Below are positions 1 to 9,406 of a stretch of DNA of 64,000 bases, one piece after another. The notes under the pieces were generated by a model. That model had not been told where the DNA came from. It did not search any database and saw only the letters and a list, made by a program, of their open reading frames with translations. The stretch is from an uncultured Chthonomonadaceae bacterium (GTDB lineage Bacteria; Armatimonadota; Chthonomonadetes; Chthonomonadales; Chthonomonadaceae), in NCBI GenBank assembly GCA_963835065.1, contig CAWIEK010000049.1:640001-704000 (forward strand), written 5' to 3'. Each line of letters starts with the position of its first letter. Position 1 is the first letter of the stretch. The translations under genes and the position numbers were made by a program.

Positions 1-585
1 CTTCGCAGGGAACGGGCGAATCCGCGCTTTGCCAGGAGATGTGCGAGCTATAGGCCATCGAAAAGTTCGTTTCGTGGTAGCCCGTCAGCGGCTGTTCGCA
101 GGCCAGCACCAGACTGGGCTGAACCGTGTCCTGCCCAAGATGCGCGGCAAGCACCTGATCTACGCTGACGCCGCCATGCAGCACCGCCCCCCGCGTGAGC
201 GGCATGCCCGAAAGAATGTTGCCGGTCATGCCGGGATGAATTCCCACGCCCGTAGAAGGCTTGTTGAAAAGCCCGTTGATGACGTTGAGTTTGGTTTTGA
301 ACGGCTCCAGGGCTTGCAGGCTCTTGCTCAGCTCCATGCTCGCGCCTTCGCCTTTCGCCCACCAGTGATTCGGGTTGATGCCCGTGCCCATGAACTGCAC
401 GATGAAGCGGCGGGGCGGCGCGCTGGCCGCTTTGGGCGCTTCCGCCGCGCTTCCCCACACCGGAAGGGATTCCAGCCAGGGCAGCGCCATGACGACGCCC
501 GCGCCCCGCAGGAAAATGCGCCGGGAAACCGGAGCGGAAGACGGCGAGTCGGTTTCTGATCTGGTGTTTGCTCTTCGTTCGTCAT
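1..585 (-). CDS. DUF1552 domain protein (5' part, runs off window); apparent frameshift near the start
   Basis: GGAGG RBS then ATG at 585. The recognisable Tat-like SRRIFLRGAGVVMALPWLES is in a different frame from this ATG. Lies directly downstream of a DUF1592-type gene, the usual pairing. Confidence 0.75.
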
Positions 586-620
586 TGGTGTTATTCCTCC
601 GTGTATTCTGAATAGCCGGT

Positions 621-3600
621 TTAATTCCTTGCGGAAAGCGATTGGTTCTTTGCCAACGTGGGCGTGGCGCGTCGGTTGCGGAACTGCGGGCTGGTGACAA
701 TGCTTTCTACGAGCGTTCCGAAACGGTAGTTGTTGGCAGCCAATTTCTGCTGCATTTGAAGCAGCAGCGGGTCGTCGGACGGCTGCAGGGTGCGCCCCAG
801 GGCGTAGCACAACAGTTTGCGGCCCATATTGTCAAGAAAGTCTTGCTGGCGCTGTCCCTTGACAAACTCCTGCAAGCCGGTTACGCCGGATAGTTCCTTG
901 TTGCCGGGAAACGACGCTTTGGCGTCTACGGGCTTGCCGCCCAAATCCTTGCTGCGCTGTTCGCCAACCGGCCCGTAGCCTTCAAAGACAAGGCCATAGG
1001 AGTCGAAGCGGGCATGGCAGCCCGCGCAGGCCGGGTTTGCGCGGTGCGCGGCAAGCGCCTGCCGGAGCGTCAGGTCGCCCATTTTGCTTTCGTCGCTTGG
1101 CAGCGCGGGAACGTTGGCGGGCGGCGGGGGAATGGTTTCGCCCAACACGCGCTTCACGACCCAGTAGCCGCGCTTCACCGGGCTGGTGCGCAGGCCGGGG
1201 GAGTTTTTGGTCAGGAAAACCGCCATCGGCAACAATCCGCCCCTGCCATAATGGTCGGCGTTGTCCACCCGCACCCACTCATTCGCTGTCGGCTTCACGT
1301 CCGTCATGCCGTAATGCTTCGCAAGGGGCGCGTTGACAAAGGTGTATTTGCCGTACAGCAAATCCAGCACGGAATGACCCTGCTGAAACTCGTCCATCAG
1401 GAAGTGCAGCGGCTCCTCGAACATGGCCTCGCGCAGCTCGTCGTTAAAGCCGGGGAACCGCTCGCGGTCTACGGCGTTATGCTCCTCAAAGCGGCGGAAG
1501 TCCAGCCAGTTGCCCCCGAATTCGAGAGCCAGGGCGCGAACGCGCGGGTCTTTCAGCATCCGGCGGGACTGCGCGGCCAGCACGTTGGGGCGGTGCAAAT
1601 CACCGGCGGCGGCGTGGGCAAGCAGTTCCTGATCGGGCATACTCGACCAGAGGAAATAGCTCAACCGGCTTGCCAGCGCGTAATCCGGGAGCGGCTGTAC
1701 GCTGCCGCCGCCGTTGCTGTTACTGTAACTGCCGTTGCTGTTCGTATTACTATGGGGCGGCGGGGCGGCATGGCGCGTGAAAGCAGCCGTTCGCGCCCCG
1801 GAACTTGGACTCGCAAGGGGCGCGTTCTTAAAATCACCCTCCGAGGCTTCCAAATCCATGCGAAACAGGAACTTGGGCGACATCAGGACGCTGACAACGG
1901 AGTCCCGAATAGCGTCCTCGTGGGTCAAGCCTTCCTTTTGCCGCAGGGTCTGGTAGAAACCCAGCAGGTCGGCACGTTCCGCCGTTGTCAGGGGATGGCG
2001 ATAGGCGCGGGCGGCGAAGTCGAGCAGGGATTTGCGATGAATTGGCTCGGCGGCAAGCCGCGCTCTTTCCGCAGACCGGATGTCGACCGATACCCACTTG
2101 AAATGGTCTTCAATCGCCTGCAGCGTCTGCGGTTCCGCCCCGTTTTTACGCGCTTTCGCCAGGTACAGGTCGCCCAACAGCTTGATTTTGGCGTCCGACA
2201 GGGCTTCTTTGTCTTCGGCGCGGGCAAAGTTGAATTCGGGATCGGTGATGGTTCCGGCTTCGGCGCGCTCGTACACGAAGAACTCCGAGTGCATGCGCTC
2301 AGGGACAAAAGCGACCGTATCGAAATCCAGCCACATGCTATCCAGTTTGCGCTTGCCGTTCTCGTCCAGTATCAATTCCATCAGGGGCTTATCGTCGCGG
2401 AAGTAGCCCATCGAGTTGTGCAGCCCGGCGGTCAGCAGACGGCCCTTGTCGCCCGGATCGTCCACGAACATGCGGCCCCGCTCGGCAATATAAAACGCAT
2501 CGGGAAACACGCTGCAAAACCGGTTAAACGACGCCATGAGAGGCGCGCGGGCGGCTTCGTCCTGGGGCAAAAACAGGTCGGCGTCTACGGGATCGGTAAC
2601 GGTTTGATCCGGTTGTCTGCGGCCTCCGTTGCGGCGTCCGGGGATCGTCCGGGTTGCGGGCTTACCGCCGATTTGCAGAGCGTCGGGATAGAGCATCCGG
2701 CGGTGGGAGGCGTACTGGTTATCCTTCCACAACACGAAACACTGGCCGCCGCTGGAAAAACCGCGCGGAACCGGCAGGTTGGCGAACTTCCACGCCACTT
2801 TCTTGCGCAGGGTGACAACCCAATCCCGCATCGCCGCGCAGCCTGCGCCGGCCGCGTCCGCATGGGTTTTGTCCGGGGCGGGAAGCGCGTTCCACTGCGC
2901 CTGAAGTCTGGCAATCGGGCCGACTTTTTCACCGGGCGCGTTGAGCGTGTTCCATATCAATTCCAGGTAGCGCGGGCTTACTTTCGTTTCGGCGGCAACG
3001 GTTTGCAGCGTGGCGTTGGGAGCGCCCAGGGCAGCCCGATGCCGGTACCGCCAGGCAGCCTGAAAATAATCCGCGATGTCGGTCGGCTGCTTCTTGTAAA
3101 AATCCACGATGCGCAGGATGCAGAATTTGTCCCGATCCGTTTCGGCCAGAACCGGATGGGAGGCGAATTCCAGCCCCGTCGAAGTCAGCGCCATGCGATC
3201 CGCGATGTCTTTGGCGGCGGTCACGTATTTCTTCAGCAGCGCGGGCGATAGGGTGAGCGACTCGCCGGAATTGTCGAAGCCTTCCTGATTGGCCGGGTCA
3301 ACGGGAAATTCGCGGGTCGGGCGCATGTCCACGCCGGTCAGGTCGCGGATGGTGTAATCGTATTCCGCGTTGCTCAGACGACGCGCCAGGACAGGGCCGG
3401 GATCGCCGGCATTGCGCTGCGCTTCCACTTTGCGCGCGGCGCGAACCCAGGCGATGACCGCATTGCGCTGCGCGTCCGAGGGCTGCTTGCCGACGTTTGG
3501 CGGCGGCATCTGTTTGGCGGCGAGTTTGTCCAGCACCAGGGACCAGTGGGGAGCGTCCCGCATCACGGAATCCATGTTCGCATACGCGGTAAGGTCAAGC

Positions 3601-3830
3601 TGCGCCTGCGGTTTCACGCTGCTATGGCAGGAAACGCAGTACGTTTGCAGGAAGGGACGAACCGTGCCGGCGAACTGCTGTTCCAGAGCGGTACGGGGTT
3701 GGGCGGCGGGCCGGGTTTTGGCGGGCGTATCCGCGCCGGACGCGCCGGCCCAGGCAAGCACAGCCGCGAACGCTGACGCAGACGCGAGAAAACTCCCGGC
3801 AGAGGGATTAAACTTGAATTTACAGCGCAT
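621..3830 (-). CDS. Planctomycete-type cytochrome c / DUF1587-1592-1588-1585 domain protein
   Basis: Signal peptide, CVSCH and CAGCH heme motifs, RRLSNAEYDYTIRDL, LASRLSYFLWSSMPD and TSPVKRGYWV motifs; start uncertain. Confidence 0.85.
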   Translation of the reverse strand: MRCKFKFNPSAGSFLASASAFAAVLAWAGASGADTPAKTRPAAQPRTALEQQFAGTVRPFLQTYCVSCHSSVKPQAQLDLTAYANMDSVMRDAPHWSLVLDKLAAKQMPPPNVGKQPSDAQRNAVIAWVRAARKVEAQRNAGDPGPVLARRLSNAEYDYTIRDLTGVDMRPTREFPVDPANQEGFDNSGESLTLSPALLKKYVTAAKDIADRMALTSTGLEFASHPVLAETDRDKFCILRIVDFYKKQPTDIADYFQAAWRYRHRAALGAPNATLQTVAAETKVSPRYLELIWNTLNAPGEKVGPIARLQAQWNALPAPDKTHADAAGAGCAAMRDWVVTLRKKVAWKFANLPVPRGFSSGGQCFVLWKDNQYASHRRMLYPDALQIGGKPATRTIPGRRNGGRRQPDQTVTDPVDADLFLPQDEAARAPLMASFNRFCSVFPDAFYIAERGRMFVDDPGDKGRLLTAGLHNSMGYFRDDKPLMELILDENGKRKLDSMWLDFDTVAFVPERMHSEFFVYERAEAGTITDPEFNFARAEDKEALSDAKIKLLGDLYLAKARKNGAEPQTLQAIEDHFKWVSVDIRSAERARLAAEPIHRKSLLDFAARAYRHPLTTAERADLLGFYQTLRQKEGLTHEDAIRDSVVSVLMSPKFLFRMDLEASEGDFKNAPLASPSSGARTAAFTRHAAPPPHSNTNSNGSYSNSNGGGSVQPLPDYALASRLSYFLWSSMPDQELLAHAAAGDLHRPNVLAAQSRRMLKDPRVRALALEFGGNWLDFRRFEEHNAVDRERFPGFNDELREAMFEEPLHFLMDEFQQGHSVLDLLYGKYTFVNAPLAKHYGMTDVKPTANEWVRVDNADHYGRGGLLPMAVFLTKNSPGLRTSPVKRGYWVVKRVLGETIPPPPANVPALPSDESKMGDLTLRQALAAHRANPACAGCHARFDSYGLVFEGYGPVGEQRSKDLGGKPVDAKASFPGNKELSGVTGLQEFVKGQRQQDFLDNMGRKLLCYALGRTLQPSDDPLLLQMQQKLAANNYRFGTLVESIVTSPQFRNRRATPTLAKNQSLSARN

Positions 3831-3911
3831 GGGTTCGTGTGACTCCTGAATTTTGAACATGCTTTTAGTATACGCGCTTACAAGCAAAAAATCCACTTGA
3901 TTTTCTGACGC

Positions 3912-3940
3912 TTGACGCATTTCCGGTTTTGGCCTATACT
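3912..3940 (+). promoter_or_regulatory. sigma70-type promoter of Uma2 gene 1
   Basis: TTGACG-17 bp-TATACT; near-identical copy at 7232-7260. Confidence 0.7.
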
Positions 3941-3977
3941 GTGGGAGTGGCAACGAAAAGCAAGCAGGAGGAACATC

Positions 3978-4868
3978 ATGGCAACTCTGAGCATACCGCG
4001 CCCCTTACAAGAGGCGAAAACATCCGAGGGCAGCAAGCAAGACAAGGCAGCGCCCGACGGCAACACGCCACTCCGCAGCCCGCAAGTCGGCAAACCGCAA
4101 GCAGGCAGCAAACCTCGTTCTAAAAGAGCAGTTTACTATCCCACAGGAGACGGCAAGCCGATGGCCGAAGACGAGCCGCATCTGAACTTGATGAACTACT
4201 CCATTCCCGCGCTGCGCTACCGCCTTCGCAACCGTCCTGACGTGTACGTGGCCGGCAACAACTTCCTGTACTATGAAGAGGGCAACCCCAAAGCGCGCGT
4301 GTCTCCCGACTGCTATGTGGCGTTGGGCGTGGAGCCGAAAGGGCGCAGGCGCTTCTACAAGGTGTGGGAAGAGAACGGCATTGCCCCCGCTGTTATTTTT
4401 GAGTTCACGTCCAAGAAGACCAAAAAAGAAGACCTGACGATCAAGAAGTCCCTCTACGAGCAGGTATTAAGAGTGCAGGAGTATTTCCAGTTCGATCCGA
4501 CAGGCGATTACTTGAAGCCACGTTTGCAGGGACAGCGCTTACATGAGGGAGTGTACCAGCCGATAGAACTCAACGATAACCGCATGTTCAGCGAGCAGTT
4601 AGGATTGGAACTCGTCATGGAAGGCGAAACCTTGCGCTTCTATGATCCCGCAAGCGGCGAGTGGCTGCGCACGTATGAACAGGCCGAAACGCAGCGCCTT
4701 GCCCAGGAGCAGCGCGCCCAGGCAGAAGCGCAACGCGCCCAGGCAGAAGCGCAGCGGGCTGAGGCGGCTGACCAACGCGCCGACAGTGAAAAGCAACGCG
4801 CCGAGTCTGCCGAAGCGGAACTGGCGCGATTGCGCGCTGAACTCGAAGCCCTGCGCCAACAGAAATGA
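3978..4868 (+). CDS. Uma2 family (PD-(D/E)XK, DUF820) endonuclease with coiled-coil tail
   Basis: YPTGDGKPMAE, SPDCYV, FEFTS, EYFQFDP motifs; AEAQRA repeats; AGGAGG RBS. Confidence 0.88.
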   Translation: MATLSIPRPLQEAKTSEGSKQDKAAPDGNTPLRSPQVGKPQAGSKPRSKRAVYYPTGDGKPMAEDEPHLNLMNYSIPALRYRLRNRPDVYVAGNNFLYYEEGNPKARVSPDCYVALGVEPKGRRRFYKVWEENGIAPAVIFEFTSKKTKKEDLTIKKSLYEQVLRVQEYFQFDPTGDYLKPRLQGQRLHEGVYQPIELNDNRMFSEQLGLELVMEGETLRFYDPASGEWLRTYEQAETQRLAQEQRAQAEAQRAQAEAQRAEAADQRADSEKQRAESAEAELARLRAELEALRQQK

Positions 4869-4907
4869 ACCGCCACTTTCCTTTATAACGACGTTTTGAA
4901 TCTAAGC

Positions 4908-4951
4908 GCGGTAAGGATTCGCGCAACGCACACTTTGCCGAATCCTTACCG
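4908..4951. repeat. 13-bp-stem hairpin; its left arm recurs as a 17-bp direct repeat at 5504-5520
   Basis: cggtaaggattcg ... cgaatccttaccg between convergent genes; gcggtaaggattcgcgc at both 4908 and 5504. Confidence 0.75.
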
Positions 4952-4957
4952 TCGCCC

Positions 4958-5488
4958 TTAATGACCCGGCTCACCGGAACGCGCGACCCAGTCGGTATCA
5001 ATCCCCCGCGCCATCAGCAGTTCGGACAACTGCCCGACATGGCCCTGCAGGTGGCGCAGGTTCATGAGTTGGTGGGACAGTTTGCTCATATTTTTGTACC
5101 ACGAAAAGCCCGTTGCGTCGGCGTCGAGGTCGAGTTGAGCGACGGTGGGGCCGACAAGCGCGTCCACGAACCGAATGTAGTCGAGCATTTCGCTGCTCCG
5201 GTAGATTTCGGCTTCTGCGGGCAGCTCGTAGGGTTCCACTGCAAACGGCGGCTTCCAGAGTCCGTGGTGGATGCCCTCTTTTCGTCCGGGCCAGGGCTGA
5301 AAAGCCTCCTCGTTCTGCCCCAGGTACAGGTGGGTGAAGAAAGCGGCGTGAAAGGCGATGCGCCAGAACGCGCGGGGATACTCGCCCTCAAGCCACAGGT
5401 CTTCCGGGCACTTTGCCACACACTCTGCCAGCATCGCCAGCCCCGCATGATACTGCTCCGCAAGCGCCTGTCGCATCTCCATTTCCAT
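4958..5488 (-). CDS. DinB/YfiT-like protein
   Basis: FWRIAFHAAFFTHLYL and NLRHLQGHVGQL His motifs typical of the DinB superfamily. Confidence 0.7.
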   Translation of the reverse strand: MEMEMRQALAEQYHAGLAMLAECVAKCPEDLWLEGEYPRAFWRIAFHAAFFTHLYLGQNEEAFQPWPGRKEGIHHGLWKPPFAVEPYELPAEAEIYRSSEMLDYIRFVDALVGPTVAQLDLDADATGFSWYKNMSKLSHQLMNLRHLQGHVGQLSELLMARGIDTDWVARSGEPGH

Positions 5489-5586
5489 AACCTTTCAGGA
5501 ACGGCGGTAAGGATTCGCGCCCTATCCACATAGTCCGTATCAGCGCGTACCTATTATCCTGCCGCCCAGGAAATTCCTTCTGTGGA

Positions 5587-7056
5587 TTATTCAGAAAGGC
5601 CGGGACGCGCCGTATAGTACAGGCAGCCGAGGGTTTGGGGGCGACGCAGGATGCGATAGGCGAGAAAACGTCCCCAACGCGCGCAAGGCTGCATCAGAAG
5701 CCTACCGGTAAAGCGCAGTTCCTCTCGACCGTCTGCTCCAACGCCGGCCTGACTTTCAAATTCCGCATGAAGGCCGCACATCGGCAGGCGCAGGCCGCAC
5801 CAATACGCGGCGCGCGAACGCACCAGCAGCCCGCCTTCAGCAAGCGGCGTCACGGTAAACGCGATCACGAGGCGAAACTGCGGAAAAACCTCGCAAAAGG
5901 TGGGCTGTCCCTGTATCCGGCGTATGGCGAAATCGGCGTCGAAGACGCGCAGCCGGCTGCCGCAGTAGAGTTCCCGCAGAAAGCGCATGGAGCCATCGGG
6001 ACGGCGAAACACGCGGAAGCGGGCGGCTATAGTATCCTGTCCCTGCTCGTATAATCCCTGCCCGGTCAGGAAGGTTGCCAGCCGCGACAGCAGGCGGGCG
6101 GGGCGTGTGCGCAAATCGAGCGCGGCGGTCACGTCGTAGCGCGAAGGGTTCTGGTAGAAGCGGTCAATAGCCGGATGCACCTCATGAACGCGCTCGCCCA
6201 GCACGGAGGTCAGCAAGGGCCAGCGGACTTCCTGCGTGAGCCGTCCCCGCTCTTTCTGCCGCATTCCCTGCCGATACACGCGCATCGCCATCCAGGCCAG
6301 AATGGTATAGCGCAGTAATTGCCAGGCGCAGGCGCGGTATCCAATGGCCGCGCTGTCGGCTTTGGGCGCGGGCGTGAGAAAAGCACGGGCGGTTTCGCGG
6401 GCATAGCGCCCCATCAGCGGCCAGCCGGACGTAAGCAAGCGGGGAACGCTGCGCAGCATGGTTTCAGCCATCGCGGTTTCATAGGGAACGCGGCCTGCCA
6501 GCGCGTCGGCGTCGTGGGAGCGCGCGCCGAGCGTGACTTCCAGATGCAGGCGCAGGAATTGCCAGGTCGGGTCGTTCGGGTGCAGGTCGGCGTCACGGGT
6601 AAACGCTTCGAGTTCGCCTGCCGCGCGGGCCACTTCCAAATCCGCGACATGGGCGGCGACCCACAACTCCTCCACCACTTCCCAGGGACGCTCAAGTTCG
6701 CAGGCGTGGATATACTGCTGCCAGGCGAGCGTCCGGGGCGTACCGTCCGGCGCAATGGGAGTGACGACTTCGCCGATGCGGTCAAAATTGGTGGAGTAGC
6801 CGCAGAAACGTCCCAGGGTGAGGGCACAGGCGGTCAGCAGGTGGGTACGGGCCATCAGGCAGGGGTAGGCGCGATAAAAGCGCAGCATCCGCGTCAGCCG
6901 CTGCCGCGCCCGAAGCTGCCTGCGCGCGAATTCTTCTCGTTCCTCCGATGTGGCGCAGGGCAAAAATCGCCCGGTTTCGCGCAGGCACTCTTCCCAGGCC
7001 GACGCCCCGGATGTGACGGGGCTTTCGCGCCGGTTTTCAGGAGAAGCATTTCCCAT
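5587..7056 (-). CDS. Hypothetical protein, possible DUF4166-like C-terminal domain
   Basis: 489-aa ORF; C-terminal VHPAIDRFY segment resembles DUF4166 proteins. Confidence 0.5.
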   Translation of the reverse strand: MGNASPENRRESPVTSGASAWEECLRETGRFLPCATSEEREEFARRQLRARQRLTRMLRFYRAYPCLMARTHLLTACALTLGRFCGYSTNFDRIGEVVTPIAPDGTPRTLAWQQYIHACELERPWEVVEELWVAAHVADLEVARAAGELEAFTRDADLHPNDPTWQFLRLHLEVTLGARSHDADALAGRVPYETAMAETMLRSVPRLLTSGWPLMGRYARETARAFLTPAPKADSAAIGYRACAWQLLRYTILAWMAMRVYRQGMRQKERGRLTQEVRWPLLTSVLGERVHEVHPAIDRFYQNPSRYDVTAALDLRTRPARLLSRLATFLTGQGLYEQGQDTIAARFRVFRRPDGSMRFLRELYCGSRLRVFDADFAIRRIQGQPTFCEVFPQFRLVIAFTVTPLAEGGLLVRSRAAYWCGLRLPMCGLHAEFESQAGVGADGREELRFTGRLLMQPCARWGRFLAYRILRRPQTLGCLYYTARPGLSE

Positions 7057-7231
7057 GCGCAGTCGTTCTTTCGGCGGGCAACCCCAGTTTATTCATTTTC
7101 CCCTGCTTAAATCAACGTTTTTCGTTGCAACAGCGCCTATTTGCTTATGTTAGCCTCAACACGGGAATTTTCCTGCTGCCAATTCGCCTGTTCTCGTTCA
7201 AACGGCTTCTGCGCTGCACTGAAAACGAGGC

Positions 7232-7260
7232 TTGACGCATTTCCGGTTTTAGCCTATACT
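7232..7260 (+). promoter_or_regulatory. sigma70-type promoter of Uma2 gene 2
   Basis: TTGACG-17 bp-TATACT, duplicate of 3912-3940. Confidence 0.7.
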
Positions 7261-7301
7261 GTGGGAGTGCTGGTGTAAACGGAGGCAGGAGGAAAACCAT
7301 C

Positions 7302-8210
7302 ATGGCAACGTTAAGCGTACCACGCGACAGTGTGTTGGACAAGGTATTGGACAGCGGCTTGGACAGCGACCTGCCGGGCAGTGACGCGCCGATTTCGGGC
7401 AAGCAGGACCGGAACGGGCAGGGCAGGAACGGACACGACAAGAGCAAGGCCGCGAACAAGACGGGCGACAGCAAACCCCGTTCCAAACGAGCGATCTACT
7501 ATCCGACAGGAGACGGCAAGCCGATGGCCGAAGACGTGCTGCATCGCAAACTGATGAGCTACTGCTGTGAGTCCCTCGAATTCCACTTTGCTCCGCGTCC
7601 TGACGTGTGCGTAGCGGGCAACGACTTTTTGTACTATGAAGAAGGCAATCCGCAAGCGCGCGTGTCTCCCGACTGCTATATAGCCTTCGGCGTGGAACCC
7701 AAAGAGATACGGCACTTCTACAAAATATGGGAGGAGAACGGCATCGCGCCCTCAGTCGTGATCGAACTCACGTCCAAAAAGACGAAGAAGGAAGACGTGA
7801 CGATCAAGAAGCCCCTCTACGAACAGGTGTTGAAGGTGCAGGAGTATTTTCAGTTCGACCCAACCGGCGATTACTTGAAGCCACGCTTGCAGGGACAGCG
7901 CTTGCATGAGGGCGTGTACAAGCCGATAGAACTCACCAACAACCGCATGTTCAGTGAGCAGTTAGGACTGGAACTCGTCATTGAGGGCAAAACCTTGCGC
8001 TTCTATGATCCGCTACAGCAGAAGTGGCTGCTGACCTATAAAGAGGCGGAAACGCAGCGCGTTGCTCAGGAGCAACGCGCTCAGGCAGAAGCGCACCGCG
8101 CGGAAGCGGCGGACCAACGCGCCGAAAGTGAAAAACAACGGGCTGAGACTGCCGAAGCGGAACTGGCGCGTCTTCGCGCAGAAATCGAAGCCTTGCGGCA
8201 GCAGAAGTAA
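7302..8210 (+). CDS. Uma2 family endonuclease, close paralogue of 3978-4868
   Basis: Same motifs; long stretches of identical sequence with the first copy. Confidence 0.88.
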   Translation: MATLSVPRDSVLDKVLDSGLDSDLPGSDAPISGKQDRNGQGRNGHDKSKAANKTGDSKPRSKRAIYYPTGDGKPMAEDVLHRKLMSYCCESLEFHFAPRPDVCVAGNDFLYYEEGNPQARVSPDCYIAFGVEPKEIRHFYKIWEENGIAPSVVIELTSKKTKKEDVTIKKPLYEQVLKVQEYFQFDPTGDYLKPRLQGQRLHEGVYKPIELTNNRMFSEQLGLELVIEGKTLRFYDPLQQKWLLTYKEAETQRVAQEQRAQAEAHRAEAADQRAESEKQRAETAEAELARLRAEIEALRQQK

Positions 8211-8402
8211 CCTACGCTATTCAGAGTATGACCGCGCGCTTTAGCCTGTTCGCGCATTGCAGGTATTGCAACGATATTTCGTATCAGGCGCAGGCGTGAC
8301 GACGTGGCGGCTTTATGCGGCGCTGACAGGCTTATAACGGATGGGATTAGGGATCAGGACAATGCCCCGGTTCAACAGGATATTGCCCCTGCTCCCTACT
8401 CC

Positions 8403-9359
8403 CTAGAAATTGATCGCTGGCGCAGCTACGGGCGCATCCAGCGATTGCAGCGTGACGGGCACGGTCTGCGTGTTGTTATTCACAGTGGCGGAAATGGTGT
8501 ACTGCCCGGCAACGACCCAGAAGAAGTAATTGCCGCTTTGATCCGTGCTTACGGTTCCCAAAACCTGCCCGCCTGCCGTCGCCGTAATGGAAACGGACGC
8601 GCCTGCCACGCCCTTGCCGCCCGATGTGACCGTGCCGGAAATGGTGTACGGCAGCGAAGGCGGCGTCGCCGACACGGGAGCGCCGAGCAGCAGCGTTCCG
8701 AGCGCGTTGTTGCCGCTTGCCAGCACAAACTGCGTGAAGATCGGCCTTGATTCGAAATTAGGCGCGGAAATCGTGCCAATGGACGCATTGGGATCGGTTC
8801 CCAGGCCAATCGGCAGGTTGGGGATGCTGAACGTGCCGTCCGTGCCGGTTTTCACCTGCGATCCCGCTATCGTCACCGTCGCGCCGCCCACCGCTTGCTG
8901 CGCCCCGTTGATCTGCCCGACAACCGTTCCCGACGCGGTGGCATCGTAACCCGTATCCGAAACGTACACATCGCCCAGACTATTGGCGCTGTGCGCCGTC
9001 AGCGACAGGGTCAGCGTCCGCGCTTTCGCCGGGGCAGCGGGCGTAATCGTCGCCGTTTTCGTGTTCGCGTCCACATTCGACAATGTGAACGTGCCGTCCG
9101 AAGCCGATGTCGTGGACTGCCCGCCGATTTTAACGGCGGTTCCCGCTTCCGGCGCGTTGTTTTCCGCGCGCAAAACACGCCCGGTCACGCTCGTCGCCGT
9201 GCCGCCCCCACCCCCGCCCCCGCTGCCATTGCTGCATCCGGCAAGCCCGGCAAACGCGGTCAGCAAAGCCATAACGGTCAGCCACGCGAAACCGCGCCGC
9301 GTCATCCGTCCATTCCCCTCCCCTATTTTAAGGGTTATTTTATGGTTATCAATGATCAT
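8403..9359 (-). CDS. Lipoprotein with carboxypeptidase-regulatory-like (Ig-like) repeats
   Basis: TRRGF...LAGC lipobox; three GxVxG...DGxFx repeats. Confidence 0.75.
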   Translation of the reverse strand: MIIDNHKITLKIGEGNGRMTRRGFAWLTVMALLTAFAGLAGCSNGSGGGGGGGTATSVTGRVLRAENNAPEAGTAVKIGGQSTTSASDGTFTLSNVDANTKTATITPAAPAKARTLTLSLTAHSANSLGDVYVSDTGYDATASGTVVGQINGAQQAVGGATVTIAGSQVKTGTDGTFSIPNLPIGLGTDPNASIGTISAPNFESRPIFTQFVLASGNNALGTLLLGAPVSATPPSLPYTISGTVTSGGKGVAGASVSITATAGGQVLGTVSTDQSGNYFFWVVAGQYTISATVNNNTQTVPVTLQSLDAPVAAPAINF

Positions 9360-9406
9360 TGTTTTCTCCAACTACAAACAAATCCTGCCCCTCAACCCTC
9401 AACCAA

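Noticed and set aside
1014..3251. 745-aa plus-strand ORF
   Set aside because: Antisense shadow of the GC-rich DUF1592 gene; no recognisable motifs.
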